From Gammaproteobacteria bacterium (GTDB lineage Bacteria; Pseudomonadota; Gammaproteobacteria; GCA-001735895): 61,023 nt of DNA. Positions 33,488-45,153 of this stretch are shown here, one piece after another. Under the pieces are notes generated by a model that saw only the letters and a program-made list of their open reading frames with translations, was not told the DNA's origin and ran no database searches. The stretch lies in the NCBI GenBank assembly GCA_024232855.1, contig JAAEPH010000056.1:1-61023 (forward strand), read 5' to 3'. The first letter of the stretch is position 1. Each line of letters begins with the position of its first letter. A program made the translations under genes and the position numbers.

Positions 33488-33817
33488 ATGGAACTAAGTA
33501 ACGCACAGATCAAAAGGCTACGCGGGGAGGGCCATCGGCTTAAGTTGAAGCCGGTCGTCACCATCGGTCAGAAGGGCCTCGGCGAGAATCTGCATAACGA
33601 AATCGAAATGGCGTTGAATCATCATGAATTGCTCAAACTGCGCATCCCGGGCGACGACAAGTCCGGCAAGCGAGAACTGGCCAAATTGCTGTGCGAGCAT
33701 CACCAGGCGAACCTTGTCGAAGCCATTGGCAACGTCATCGTGATTTACCGCTGCAATCCCGAAACCGACCGCTTTACGAAACTGCTGGGCCTGGCTACTT
33801 ATAGTGAATCGCGGTAA
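33488..33817 (+). CDS. yhbY: CRM-domain RNA-binding protein YhbY
   Basis: [29 protein letters not shown]...HELLK; start at 33488 or 33479. Confidence 0.92.
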   Translation: MELSNAQIKRLRGEGHRLKLKPVVTIGQKGLGENLHNEIEMALNHHELLKLRIPGDDKSGKRELAKLLCEHHQANLVEAIGNVIVIYRCNPETDRFTKLLGLATYSESR

Positions 33818-34267
33818 TCGCGTATTCCATGGCGCCGCTGGGCGCTTCGACAACGATATCTTCGCCCTCCTCCTTGCCGATCAGCGCGCGCGCAATCGGC
33901 GAACTGATCGCGATTCGGTTTTCGTTGATATCGGCTTCGATATCGCCGACGATCTGGTAAGCGACCTCGTCATCGGTCGCCATGTTGAGCAGTTCAACGG
34001 TACAGCCAAAGACGACGCGATCGCTCTGGGCGATCCGGGTAATATCGATAATCTGGGCGTTCGACAAGGCCGCTTCGAGTTCGGCAATGCGTCCTTCGAC
34101 GAATCCCTGTTCCTCGCGCGCGGCGTGATACTCGGCATTTTCTTTCAGGTCACCATGCTCCCGCGCCGTCGCTATGGCTTCGATGACGGCCGGTCTCTTC
34201 ACTGACTTGAGTTCTTTCAATTCCGACTTGAGCCTTTCCGAGCCCGCAGCCGTGAGCGGTATTTGAT

Positions 34268-34271
<4 letters not shown>
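33795..34271 (-). CDS. greA: Transcription elongation factor GreA
   Basis: [26 protein letters not shown]. Confidence 0.99.
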
Positions 34272-37494
<3,223 letters not shown>

Positions 37495-37495
<1 letters not shown>

Positions 37496-38640
37496 CAGGT
37501 GCTCCCCGCGCGCGACTGCTGCGCCGCGATCAAATCAAAAAAGCGATCGAACATCGGCGCCACGTCATGCGGCCCTGGACTCGCCTCGGGATGTCCCTGA
37601 AAGCTGAAGGCGGCTTTGTCGGTTCGCTCCACGGCCTGCAGACTGCCATCAAACAGGGACCTGTGTGTCGCCTTCAGGGTCTGCGGGAGGCTGTCTTCAT
37701 CGACGGCGAAACCGTGGTTCTGACTTGTGATCATGACTTCTCCAGTCGCCAGCTCCTGCACCGGGTGATTTGCGCCATGGTGGCCGAACTTCATCTTCAT
37801 CGAGCGCGCGCCACTGGCGAGCGCAAGCAACTGGTGACCCAGGCAGATACCGAAAATCGGTATATCGGTCTGCAATATCCTGCCGATCGCTTCGATGGCA
37901 TAACCACAAGGTTCCGGATCGCCGGGCCCGTTAGACAGGAACACGCCGTCCGGATTCATTGCCAGCACCTCGTCCGCCGGGGTTTTGGCGGGCACCACGG
38001 TAACTCGAGCGCCACGCTCGGCAAGCATGCAGAGGATATTCTTCTTGATGCCGTAGTCATATGCGACGACATGACAATGGATTGTGGAACAGTCCTGATA
38101 TCCACCCTCGAGCGACCAGGTCGATTGCTGCCAGGTGTAATTCTTGTCCGTGCTCACCACCTGCGCCAGATCGCATCCGGCGAGGCCGCCGAAATCGCGC
38201 GCGGCGGCGACGGCCGTATCGGCGGATATCTCGTCGCCGGCGACAATCGCGCCCGACTGCGCACCCTGATCGCGCAACAGACGGGTCAGTTTGCGCGTAT
38301 CGATATCGGAAATCGCGACGACTCCGTGCTTTTTCAGGTAATCCTGCAGGCTGCCCTGGCTGCGCCAGTTACTCGCCAGCAAGGGCAAGTCGCGAATGAT
38401 CAGTCCGCTGGCGTGAATCTGCGTCGCTTCTTCGTCTTCGCTGTTGATACCGGTATTGCCGATATGTGGGTAAGTCAGAGTTATCAGTTGTTGGCAATAG
38501 GACGGGTCGGTCAGAATTTCCTGGTACCCGGTCATCGCCGTGTTGAATACCACTTCGCCGGCCGCTACGCCATCGGCGCCGATTGACCTGCCGCTAAACA
38601 GGGTTCCATCTTGCAGGGCTAATAAGGCTGGTTTAGACAC
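37495..38640 (-). CDS. carA: Carbamoyl-phosphate synthase small subunit
   Basis: GEVVFNT, SNGPGDP, GICLGHQ, QGHPE; GTG 38640 with GGAGA Shine-Dalgarno. Confidence 0.99.
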
Positions 38641-38654
38641 AAAATCTCCATACT

Positions 38655-38787
38655 CAAAAAAATGCGCGCGCACGAAAATTGGGTTGAACCGTCGGTTCCT
38701 CCCATCGATAAATTCGTTAAGAGTCAACGCTGCGAGGGCAGCATCTTCTTGAACGCGCATTCTATGACGATTACCCTTATGAGTCTA
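38655..38787 (-). promoter_or_regulatory. carA promoter and structured leader
   Basis: TAGACT-17 nt-TAGAAT (38787-38759); leader hairpin GGGAGGAACC-GAC-GGTTCAACCC and a downstream T-tract. Confidence 0.5.
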
Positions 38788-38857
38788 CGCTCGCCTTAAA
38801 AATTTGCTAAATTAGGCGGATTCAGCAATGCCGTCACCAACCCACGGGAATACGCTC

Positions 38858-39760
38858 ATGAATCACTTTGCGCGAGCCGTCGCCTACGTGCTGCTCGCGA
38901 TCCTGTTGTTCGATTTACAGGGAGTCTTCATCAAATTCCTGGGGGCGCGTTACCCGGTACAGCAGCTGGCGGGTTTTCGCAATATTTTCGGCCTGATCCC
39001 AAGCCTGCTGGTGCTGCTGCTGTCGCACGACTGGCACTCCCGCGGGCGCATGTTGAAAATCCGCCAATGGCGCCTCGGTTTACTTCGCGGCCTTTTCATC
39101 GCCGTCGCACAGTTCTGCTTTTACCTGTCGATAACCAAAATGGCCCTGGCGACGGCTACAACGCTGACCTATATCAGCCCGGTGCTGATAACGATGCTTT
39201 CGATCCCGATCCTCAGGCACAGCGTCGGCCTGTGGCGATGGCTGGCGGTCGTCGTCGGTTTTGTGGGCGTGCTGATAATCATGGCGCCCGGCAGCGAAGT
39301 CTTCACCCCCTACAGCCTGCTTCCCGTCGTCGCGGCCTTCGGATACTCCCTGTCAACCGTTTGCGTTCGACTTTTCGACGGGCACAATCCGACCGCCCTG
39401 ATCAACATGTACGCCTCCGCGGGGGCGCTGCTCGGGTCACTGGCGATACTGTTCGCCACCAGCGGATACCAGACGGTCGAATCGTTACAGGACTGGGGGA
39501 TGCTGCTGTCCACGGGCATGGTTGGCGGATTCGCGGTACTGGCCCTGATCAACGCCTACCGGCTGGCGCGGCCCTCCAGCCTGTCGCCCTTCGAGTACTT
39601 CGGCATACCCTTCGCCTTTATTCTGGGCTGGCTGTTTTTTGACGAGGCGCCCTTCGAGCAATTGATCCCCGGCGTATTCCTGATCGTGGCGGGCGGCATG
39701 TTGATCGCCTGGCGCGAGCGTAAAAAGCACATCGAAACCACACCCGCCCACACCGAATAA
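38858..39760 (+). CDS. DMT/EamA-family transporter
   Basis: About ten hydrophobic segments in two repeats; SLSPFEY motif; start at 38858 or 38828. Confidence 0.9.
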   Translation: MNHFARAVAYVLLAILLFDLQGVFIKFLGARYPVQQLAGFRNIFGLIPSLLVLLLSHDWHSRGRMLKIRQWRLGLLRGLFIAVAQFCFYLSITKMALATATTLTYISPVLITMLSIPILRHSVGLWRWLAVVVGFVGVLIIMAPGSEVFTPYSLLPVVAAFGYSLSTVCVRLFDGHNPTALINMYASAGALLGSLAILFATSGYQTVESLQDWGMLLSTGMVGGFAVLALINAYRLARPSSLSPFEYFGIPFAFILGWLFFDEAPFEQLIPGVFLIVAGGMLIAWRERKKHIETTPAHTE

Positions 39761-39771
39761 CGTCAATCCAA

Positions 39772-39947
39772 TTGTCACAGCAGGTAGTTAAAAGAGGTTC
39801 TCGGTAGAGTAGGGGCCAGGCGAAACCTGGCCCCTACTCTACCGAGAACCTGTCCGGGAAGCATCCGCGCCTCTGCGCCTCCGCGAGAACCTTCCTGGTA
39901 AATGTCCGCGCCTCCGCGAGAACCTGCCCGGGAGCATCCGCGGTCTA
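39772..39947. mobile_element. Degenerate MITE/REP composite with group II intron DVI palindrome (core 39804-39842) and tandem CGAGAACC units
   Basis: 57-bp palindrome at 39795-39851; flanks resemble both ends of the element at 41589-41836. Confidence 0.8.
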
Positions 39948-41570
39948 ACGCTGCTGCATGCGCCCGCGCAGCTGGGATTCACAGAACTCGATCGAAGTCA
40001 GCATCTGCTGGGCGTCGGCGAATCGCATATAGGCCTTTTTCTGCAGCGCCTTGTTGATCACCTCGACAAGTCCCGGCGGCAGCGTCAGGTGTTTCAGGTC
40101 AGGCTCGTGGTTGACGATATTCTTCTTCAGCTCGGGCAGGTTGTCACCGGCAAAGGGCTGGTGACCGGTGAGTAAATGGCAAAGTGTCACCGCCAGCGAA
40201 AACAGATCGGAACGCCCATCCAGTTTTCTGCCCTCGAGTTGTTCCGGTGACATGTAAGCCGGCGTTCCGACAATCATCTTATCGCTCTGCTGCTGTCGAT
40301 AATCGCTATAGGCGGCGCCGAAGTCGGTCAGGATATAGGTATCACGCCTGCTATCGTACATGATATTGGCGGGCTTTGTGTCACCGTGAATGACGTCATG
40401 ACTGTGCGTCACGGCTAGCGCGCGCAACATATCCTTCGATACCCGAATACACTCCTCAACCGTCAGGTACTCGCGTCTGCGTAAGCGCGACGACATCGAG
40501 TAACCGGAGATATAGTCCATCGCGATGTAAGCGTTATCGCCAAGCATTTCAGCGTCGTGAATCTTGACGATATTGCGGTGTTCCAGCTGGGATACGATCA
40601 CCGCCTCGTGCAGCCAGTGCCTGGCGCGGTCGCGTTCCAGCTTTTCCTCCTTGTGTACGCGCATCACCTTGAGGGCGACGCGATTGTGTGAGCGCTGATC
40701 GGTTGCCTCGTACATGACCGATGTAGAACCCTTGGCGATTTTGCGCAGCAGGCGATAGTTGCCGATCATCGGCAACTCGGGTTCGGCGATCGGCAGCGAT
40801 TTACCCAGCTTGAGCAGAATCGTCCGGTTCCTGTGAATCTCCTCGATGCGAGCGACGAAATCACCGAGCCCCGGATCGTATTTCGACAGCCAGTGATAGA
40901 GGTTGAGGGCACTTGCCCAGTGCTTACCCGATTCCAGCAACATACCCAGCTCGTAACCGACCTCCAGCATGTCGTCACTGTAGGGACATTGCTTGAGCAT
41001 GGTCAGGGCAGTTCGATAATCTTCGCTTTCGATACGCGCCCGCACATCTGCCAGGCTGACGGCATTGCGTTCGACCAGAATTGACATCGCCATGCCCTGG
41101 TAGAGGTCGATCATCCAGTAAAAAATGGAAACCAGCAGCATGACCAGTGCCGGAAACATGACCGGCAGGAAGCGCTGAAAAAATACCGCGAGCATGACTT
41201 CCAGCATTAGCAGGCCGAACAGAATCAGGATCACTGTGAGAATCGAAATCACGTTGGTGCGGGAACGGGTGTAGCAACGCACGTAAACCGCCAGCACCAG
41301 TCCGTAAACCAGCAGCAGAATCCACTGCGGTGCATGCTGGATCGACTGGATCGCGACCAGCTCGCGATCCGCCGGCTGCAATGCGACGATGTGGAGAAAC
41401 AGATCGTACTCGAAGTTCGACACCGTCGAGGTCAGGCTCAGCAGGAAGGTGAAGCCCCACAGAATTGAGGTCAGTCCCAGTTGCCAGGCTCTGGATTTGA
41501 AACTAAACAAGGCGTGTCGGTCAGGTTGATTCGGGAATGAGATCATGCGATAGATCGGCAATCGACGCAA
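39945..41570 (-). CDS. Membrane-anchored Hanks-type Ser/Thr protein kinase
   Basis: VALK, HRNIV, HGDTKPAN, DFG, GTPAYMSPE, DGRSD; four N-terminal TM segments; start TTG 41570 or ATG 41546. Confidence 0.93.
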   Translation of the reverse strand: MRRLPIYRMISFPNQPDRHALFSFKSRAWQLGLTSILWGFTFLLSLTSTVSNFEYDLFLHIVALQPADRELVAIQSIQHAPQWILLLVYGLVLAVYVRCYTRSRTNVISILTVILILFGLLMLEVMLAVFFQRFLPVMFPALVMLLVSIFYWMIDLYQGMAMSILVERNAVSLADVRARIESEDYRTALTMLKQCPYSDDMLEVGYELGMLLESGKHWASALNLYHWLSKYDPGLGDFVARIEEIHRNRTILLKLGKSLPIAEPELPMIGNYRLLRKIAKGSTSVMYEATDQRSHNRVALKVMRVHKEEKLERDRARHWLHEAVIVSQLEHRNIVKIHDAEMLGDNAYIAMDYISGYSMSSRLRRREYLTVEECIRVSKDMLRALAVTHSHDVIHGDTKPANIMYDSRRDTYILTDFGAAYSDYRQQQSDKMIVGTPAYMSPEQLEGRKLDGRSDLFSLAVTLCHLLTGHQPFAGDNLPELKKNIVNHEPDLKHLTLPPGLVEVINKALQKKAYMRFADAQQMLTSIEFCESQLRGRMQQR

Positions 41571-41588
41571 ATCCTGCCTGTATGCGGG

Positions 41589-41836
41589 CTAACCCGCACA
41601 TCTCACCGATTTCCTGCTGCGGACGCTTCCTTGGAGGGGTTCTCGCAGAGGCGCGGAGAGCGCAGGGCGCGCGGAGGGTATTTTGCAGGGTGTGTGCCTG
41701 GGCATCTCTGACGCAGACTTCGATAACTTCTTTATCCCCCGCCCCCCCGGCGCTCACTGCGCTCTCCGCGTCTCTGCGAGAACCTTTACTGAAGTAGTCC
41801 CGCGTCGTGGACCTGCTGGTGACAAATGCGGGCTAG
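41589..41836. mobile_element. MITE (family A-type ends) carrying an intact inverted REP pair; empty intron target
   Basis: CTAA-CCCGCACATCTCACC...GGTGACAAATGCGGG-CTAG; 28-bp inverted arms at 41638-41665 and 41757-41784 (one mismatch). Confidence 0.8.
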
Positions 41837-41940
41837 ACATCGCTAACAGGATTTCCGACTATAACGTTCTGGTCCCAGGCCGGTGGCTAACCTGGAATGG
41901 CAAACCACTCCACATTCATCGCAGACTAGAGTTTCGGATT

Positions 41941-42507
41941 ATGGGAAATCGTTTAACCAAAGTAATAACCCGCACCGGGGATCAGGGCGGCACCGGCATG
42001 GCCGATGGCAGCAGGCGCGACAAAAACGATGTGCGTGTGCACTGCCTCGGTGAAGTCGACGAGCTCAACGCGCATATTGGTATCGTCCTAAGCCTGCTGG
42101 AAGACGGGGCGGCGCAACAATTACTGTTTGCGATTCAACACGATCTCTTCGATATCGGCGCGGAACTGTGCCAACCAGGCAAGCAGCTCATCAGCGAAGA
42201 GTATGTCAGCGCTCTCGAAAAGGGTGTCGACGAGTTGAATGCCGGGCTCCCCGCCCTGGAAGAGTTTATCCTGCCCGGCGGGACTCATGCGGTCGCCGCT
42301 ATCCAGCTCGCGCGCACCGTTTGCCGTCGTGTCGAGCGCGGACTGGTGGATTTGAATCAACAGGAGCCGTCAAACCCGGTCACCTGTCGCTACCTCAACC
42401 GGCTATCCGATCTGTTGTTTGTTCTCGGCAGGTGGCAGGCGCATGAGGATGGCAGCGGTGAAGTCTACTGGAACTCGAAGCATTCGCGCCTGAATCGCGG
42501 ACAATGA
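41941..42507 (+). CDS. PduO-type ATP:cob(I)alamin adenosyltransferase
   Basis: MGNRLTKVITRTGDQG, GEVDELN, FILPGG, RTVCRRVER, YLNRLSDLLF. Confidence 0.96.
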   Translation: MGNRLTKVITRTGDQGGTGMADGSRRDKNDVRVHCLGEVDELNAHIGIVLSLLEDGAAQQLLFAIQHDLFDIGAELCQPGKQLISEEYVSALEKGVDELNAGLPALEEFILPGGTHAVAAIQLARTVCRRVERGLVDLNQQEPSNPVTCRYLNRLSDLLFVLGRWQAHEDGSGEVYWNSKHSRLNRGQ

Positions 42508-42527
42508 CCAAACATCGGGTAATTGAG

Positions 42528-42628
42528 GGTTCTCAGCTAAGGTTCTCGGTAGAGTAGGGGCCAGGTTTCGCCTGGCCCCTACTCTACCGCCTCTGCGAGA
42601 ACATTACCGGGGAAGCATCCGCGGGCTA
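42528..42628. mobile_element. Degenerate MITE/REP composite with second DVI palindrome (core 42549-42587)
   Basis: GGTTCTCG|GTAGAGTAGGGGCCAGG-TTTCG-CCTGGCCCCTACTCTAC|CGCCTCTGCGAGAAC. Confidence 0.8.
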
Positions 42629-43402
42629 ACGTCGCATGAAATCGAGCACCAGCTGACTGAATTCCTGCGGTTTTTCGGCGTGCAACCAGTGTCCCGCCGC
42701 GGCGATCGTAGCGATACTGGCGTTTTCGAAATGACGCTCGATGACTTCGATTCCGTTATCGTCGATGTAGTCGGAACTGGCGCCGCGAATGAACAATGTC
42801 GGCAATTTACCGAGCCAGTCCCGCGGCAATTCGTCGAAGCCGGTAAGCGCATCCATATCGCGCTGAATCACCCGCCAGTTGATACGCCAGCGCCAGGACG
42901 CTGATTCTCGCACCAGGTTTTGCAGTAGAAAGGCACGCAGCTGATCTTCGGGGATATTGGGACGCAAGGCATGATCGACCTGGGTACGCGACTCGAAGCT
43001 GTCGAGGTCGAGAGCGAGAATCGGCTCGATCAAATCATCGTAGTGGTGATAATAGGCAAGCGGTGCGATATCGGCGACCACCATTCGCGAAACCAGTCCG
43101 GGATATTGAATCGCCAGCGTCATCGCGACCTTGCCACCCATGCTGTGGCCGAGTACTCGACAATGGTTCAGACCCAACCGCTCCAGTAAGCGCGCCACGT
43201 CCTCGGCCATGGCCGCGTAACTCATTTCGTCCGCATGAAAAGACTGCCCGTGATTGCGCAGATCGATGGCGAACACCTCGTAGCTTTCCGCAAGACGGCG
43301 CAGCTGCGAGTGCCAGTTCCGGCTCGAACCGAACAAACCGTGCATGACGATCAGCGGAGATCCGCTACCCGCCTTGCTGTAGTACAGATCGGGCTCCGCC
43401 AT
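42626..43402 (-). CDS. Alpha/beta-fold esterase (YbfF-like)
   Basis: HGLFGS, DLRNHG, GHSMGG, GHWLHAE. Confidence 0.93.
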   Translation of the reverse strand: MAEPDLYYSKAGSGSPLIVMHGLFGSSRNWHSQLRRLAESYEVFAIDLRNHGQSFHADEMSYAAMAEDVARLLERLGLNHCRVLGHSMGGKVAMTLAIQYPGLVSRMVVADIAPLAYYHHYDDLIEPILALDLDSFESRTQVDHALRPNIPEDQLRAFLLQNLVRESASWRWRINWRVIQRDMDALTGFDELPRDWLGKLPTLFIRGASSDYIDDNGIEVIERHFENASIATIAAAGHWLHAEKPQEFSQLVLDFMRR

Positions 43403-43420
43403 GCCGCTTCCGCTTAACCG

Positions 43421-45151
43421 CTATTTCTTTTTGCGTGGAATATAGAGATCGGTGATCGTGCCCTCGGCCATTTCCGCGGCAAAGTTGAATGTCTCCGACA
43501 GTGTCGGATGGGGATGGATAGTCAAACCTATATCTTCGGCATCGGCGCCCATCTCCAGCGCCAGAACCGCCTCGGCGATCAATTCACCCGCATTGGGCCC
43601 GACAATTCCGGCGCCCAGAATGCGCATGCTTTCCTTATCGAACAACACCTTGGTCATACCCTCATCGCGATCGATACCCAGCGAACGACCGCTGGCCGCC
43701 CACGGAAAGGCGCCCTTCTCGTACTCGACTCCCTGTTCCTTGGCCTCGATTTCGTTCAGCCCCATCCAGGCCACCTCGGGATCGGTATAGGCGACCGACG
43801 GTATCGTCAGCGGTTCGAAAGTGGACTTCATGCCGGAAATGACCTCGGCCGCCACCTTGGCTTCGTGCGTCGCCTTGTGCGCCAGCATCGGGTTACCGAC
43901 GATATCGCCAATCGCGAAAATATTGGGGACGTTGGTGCGCATTTGTTTGTCGACTGCGATGAAACCGGCGTCATCGACATTGACGCCAGCCTTGTCCGCG
44001 CCGACGCGGTGGCCGTTGGGGCGTCGTCCGACCGCAACCAGAACCTTGTCAAACAAGGTCGGTTCGGGCGCCTTGGCGCCTTCGAAGCTGACCTTCAAGC
44101 CATTTTTCTGCGCCTTGATTGCAGACACCTTGGTTTTCAACAGAATCGCCTTGTAGCGCTTCGAAATGATCCTGTTCAGGGCCCGCACCAGGTCCTTGTC
44201 GCAACCCGGTATCAGGCTATCCATGAATTCCACAACCGTGATTTCAGAGCCCAGGGCGTGGTAGACGGTGGCCATTTCGAGGCCGATGATGCCGCCGCCG
44301 ACGATGAGCAGCTTTTTCGGCACGTCCTTTAACTCGAGCGCATCGGTCGAATCCATCAGGCGTGCGTCGTCATTCGGAAATGACGGGATCGCGGTCGCCT
44401 GTGATCCGGCGGCGATAATGCAATGTTCGAACTTGACCAGTGTTGACTGGCCATCTTTATCCACGCGGATGTTGTTGGCGTCGACGAATTCTCCGACCCC
44501 GTGAACCACGGTCACCTTGCGCCGTTTGGCAAGACCCGCGAGTCCGCCGGTGAGCTTGCCGACGACCTTGCTTTTGAAACCGTTGATGCCGTCGAGATCG
44601 AATTTTGGCTTGCCGAAATCGACGCCGTTGGCCTTCATATGCGCGGCTTCATTGATGATTTGCGCGGTATGCAACAGGGCCTTGGACGGAATGCAGCCGA
44701 CATTCAGGCAGACGCCGCCGAGCGAGTCGTAACGCTCGATCAGGACTACCTTCTTGCCCAGGTCGGCGGCTCGAAAAGCCGCGGTATAACCTCCGGGCCC
44801 CGCCCCGAGCACCGCGACATCAGCGGTGATATCGGCAACGCCGGCGGGAACCGCTGGCTGTTGCGCCGTGTCGGGCTGGGCTTGTTGCTCTGGCGGCGGC
44901 ACAGCGGCGCTGTCTTCGCTCTCGATCTGGCCGAGTAAATCGCCCTGCGAAATTTTGTCGCCGACGGCGACACTTAGCGACTTGATGGTGCCGGAAAAAG
45001 GCGAAGGTATGTCCATGGTCGCCTTTTCCGATTCCAGGGTTAATAAAGCGTCTTCGGCTTTCACCGAGTCGCCAACGGAGACCAGCAATTCGATGACTTC
45101 GACGTTTTCAAAATCACCGATGTCCGGCAATAGCAGGTTTTTTTCACTCAT
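43421..45151 (-). CDS. lpdA: Dihydrolipoamide dehydrogenase with N-terminal lipoyl domain
   Basis: ESEKA lipoyl motif, GAGPGG, GGVCLNVGCIPSK, HPTLSE. Confidence 0.98.
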   Translation of the reverse strand: MSEKNLLLPDIGDFENVEVIELLVSVGDSVKAEDALLTLESEKATMDIPSPFSGTIKSLSVAVGDKISQGDLLGQIESEDSAAVPPPEQQAQPDTAQQPAVPAGVADITADVAVLGAGPGGYTAAFRAADLGKKVVLIERYDSLGGVCLNVGCIPSKALLHTAQIINEAAHMKANGVDFGKPKFDLDGINGFKSKVVGKLTGGLAGLAKRRKVTVVHGVGEFVDANNIRVDKDGQSTLVKFEHCIIAAGSQATAIPSFPNDDARLMDSTDALELKDVPKKLLIVGGGIIGLEMATVYHALGSEITVVEFMDSLIPGCDKDLVRALNRIISKRYKAILLKTKVSAIKAQKNGLKVSFEGAKAPEPTLFDKVLVAVGRRPNGHRVGADKAGVNVDDAGFIAVDKQMRTNVPNIFAIGDIVGNPMLAHKATHEAKVAAEVISGMKSTFEPLTIPSVAYTDPEVAWMGLNEIEAKEQGVEYEKGAFPWAASGRSLGIDRDEGMTKVLFDKESMRILGAGIVGPNAGELIAEAVLALEMGADAEDIGLTIHPHPTLSETFNFAAEMAEGTITDLYIPRKKK

Positions 45152-45153
45152 AA

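Noticed and set aside
33795-33817. 23-bp convergent overlap of yhbY and greA
   Set aside because: Short tail-to-tail overlaps are common; nothing suggests a function.
39804-39842. Ordinary GTAG-family REP or simple terminator
   Set aside because: The arms match the intron 3' end base for base and stop exactly at the splice junction.
39843-39943. CRISPR-like repeat-spacer pattern
   Set aside because: Units are short, the spacers resemble each other, there are no cas genes, and the sequence derives from the REP/MITE family.
41683-41940. N-terminal extension of the adenosyltransferase ORF
   Set aside because: The open frame runs through the MITE; the family-typical start MGNRL is at 41941.
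44880-45151. Lipoyl domain fused to LpdA
   Set aside because: Known architecture in many beta- and gammaproteobacteria.
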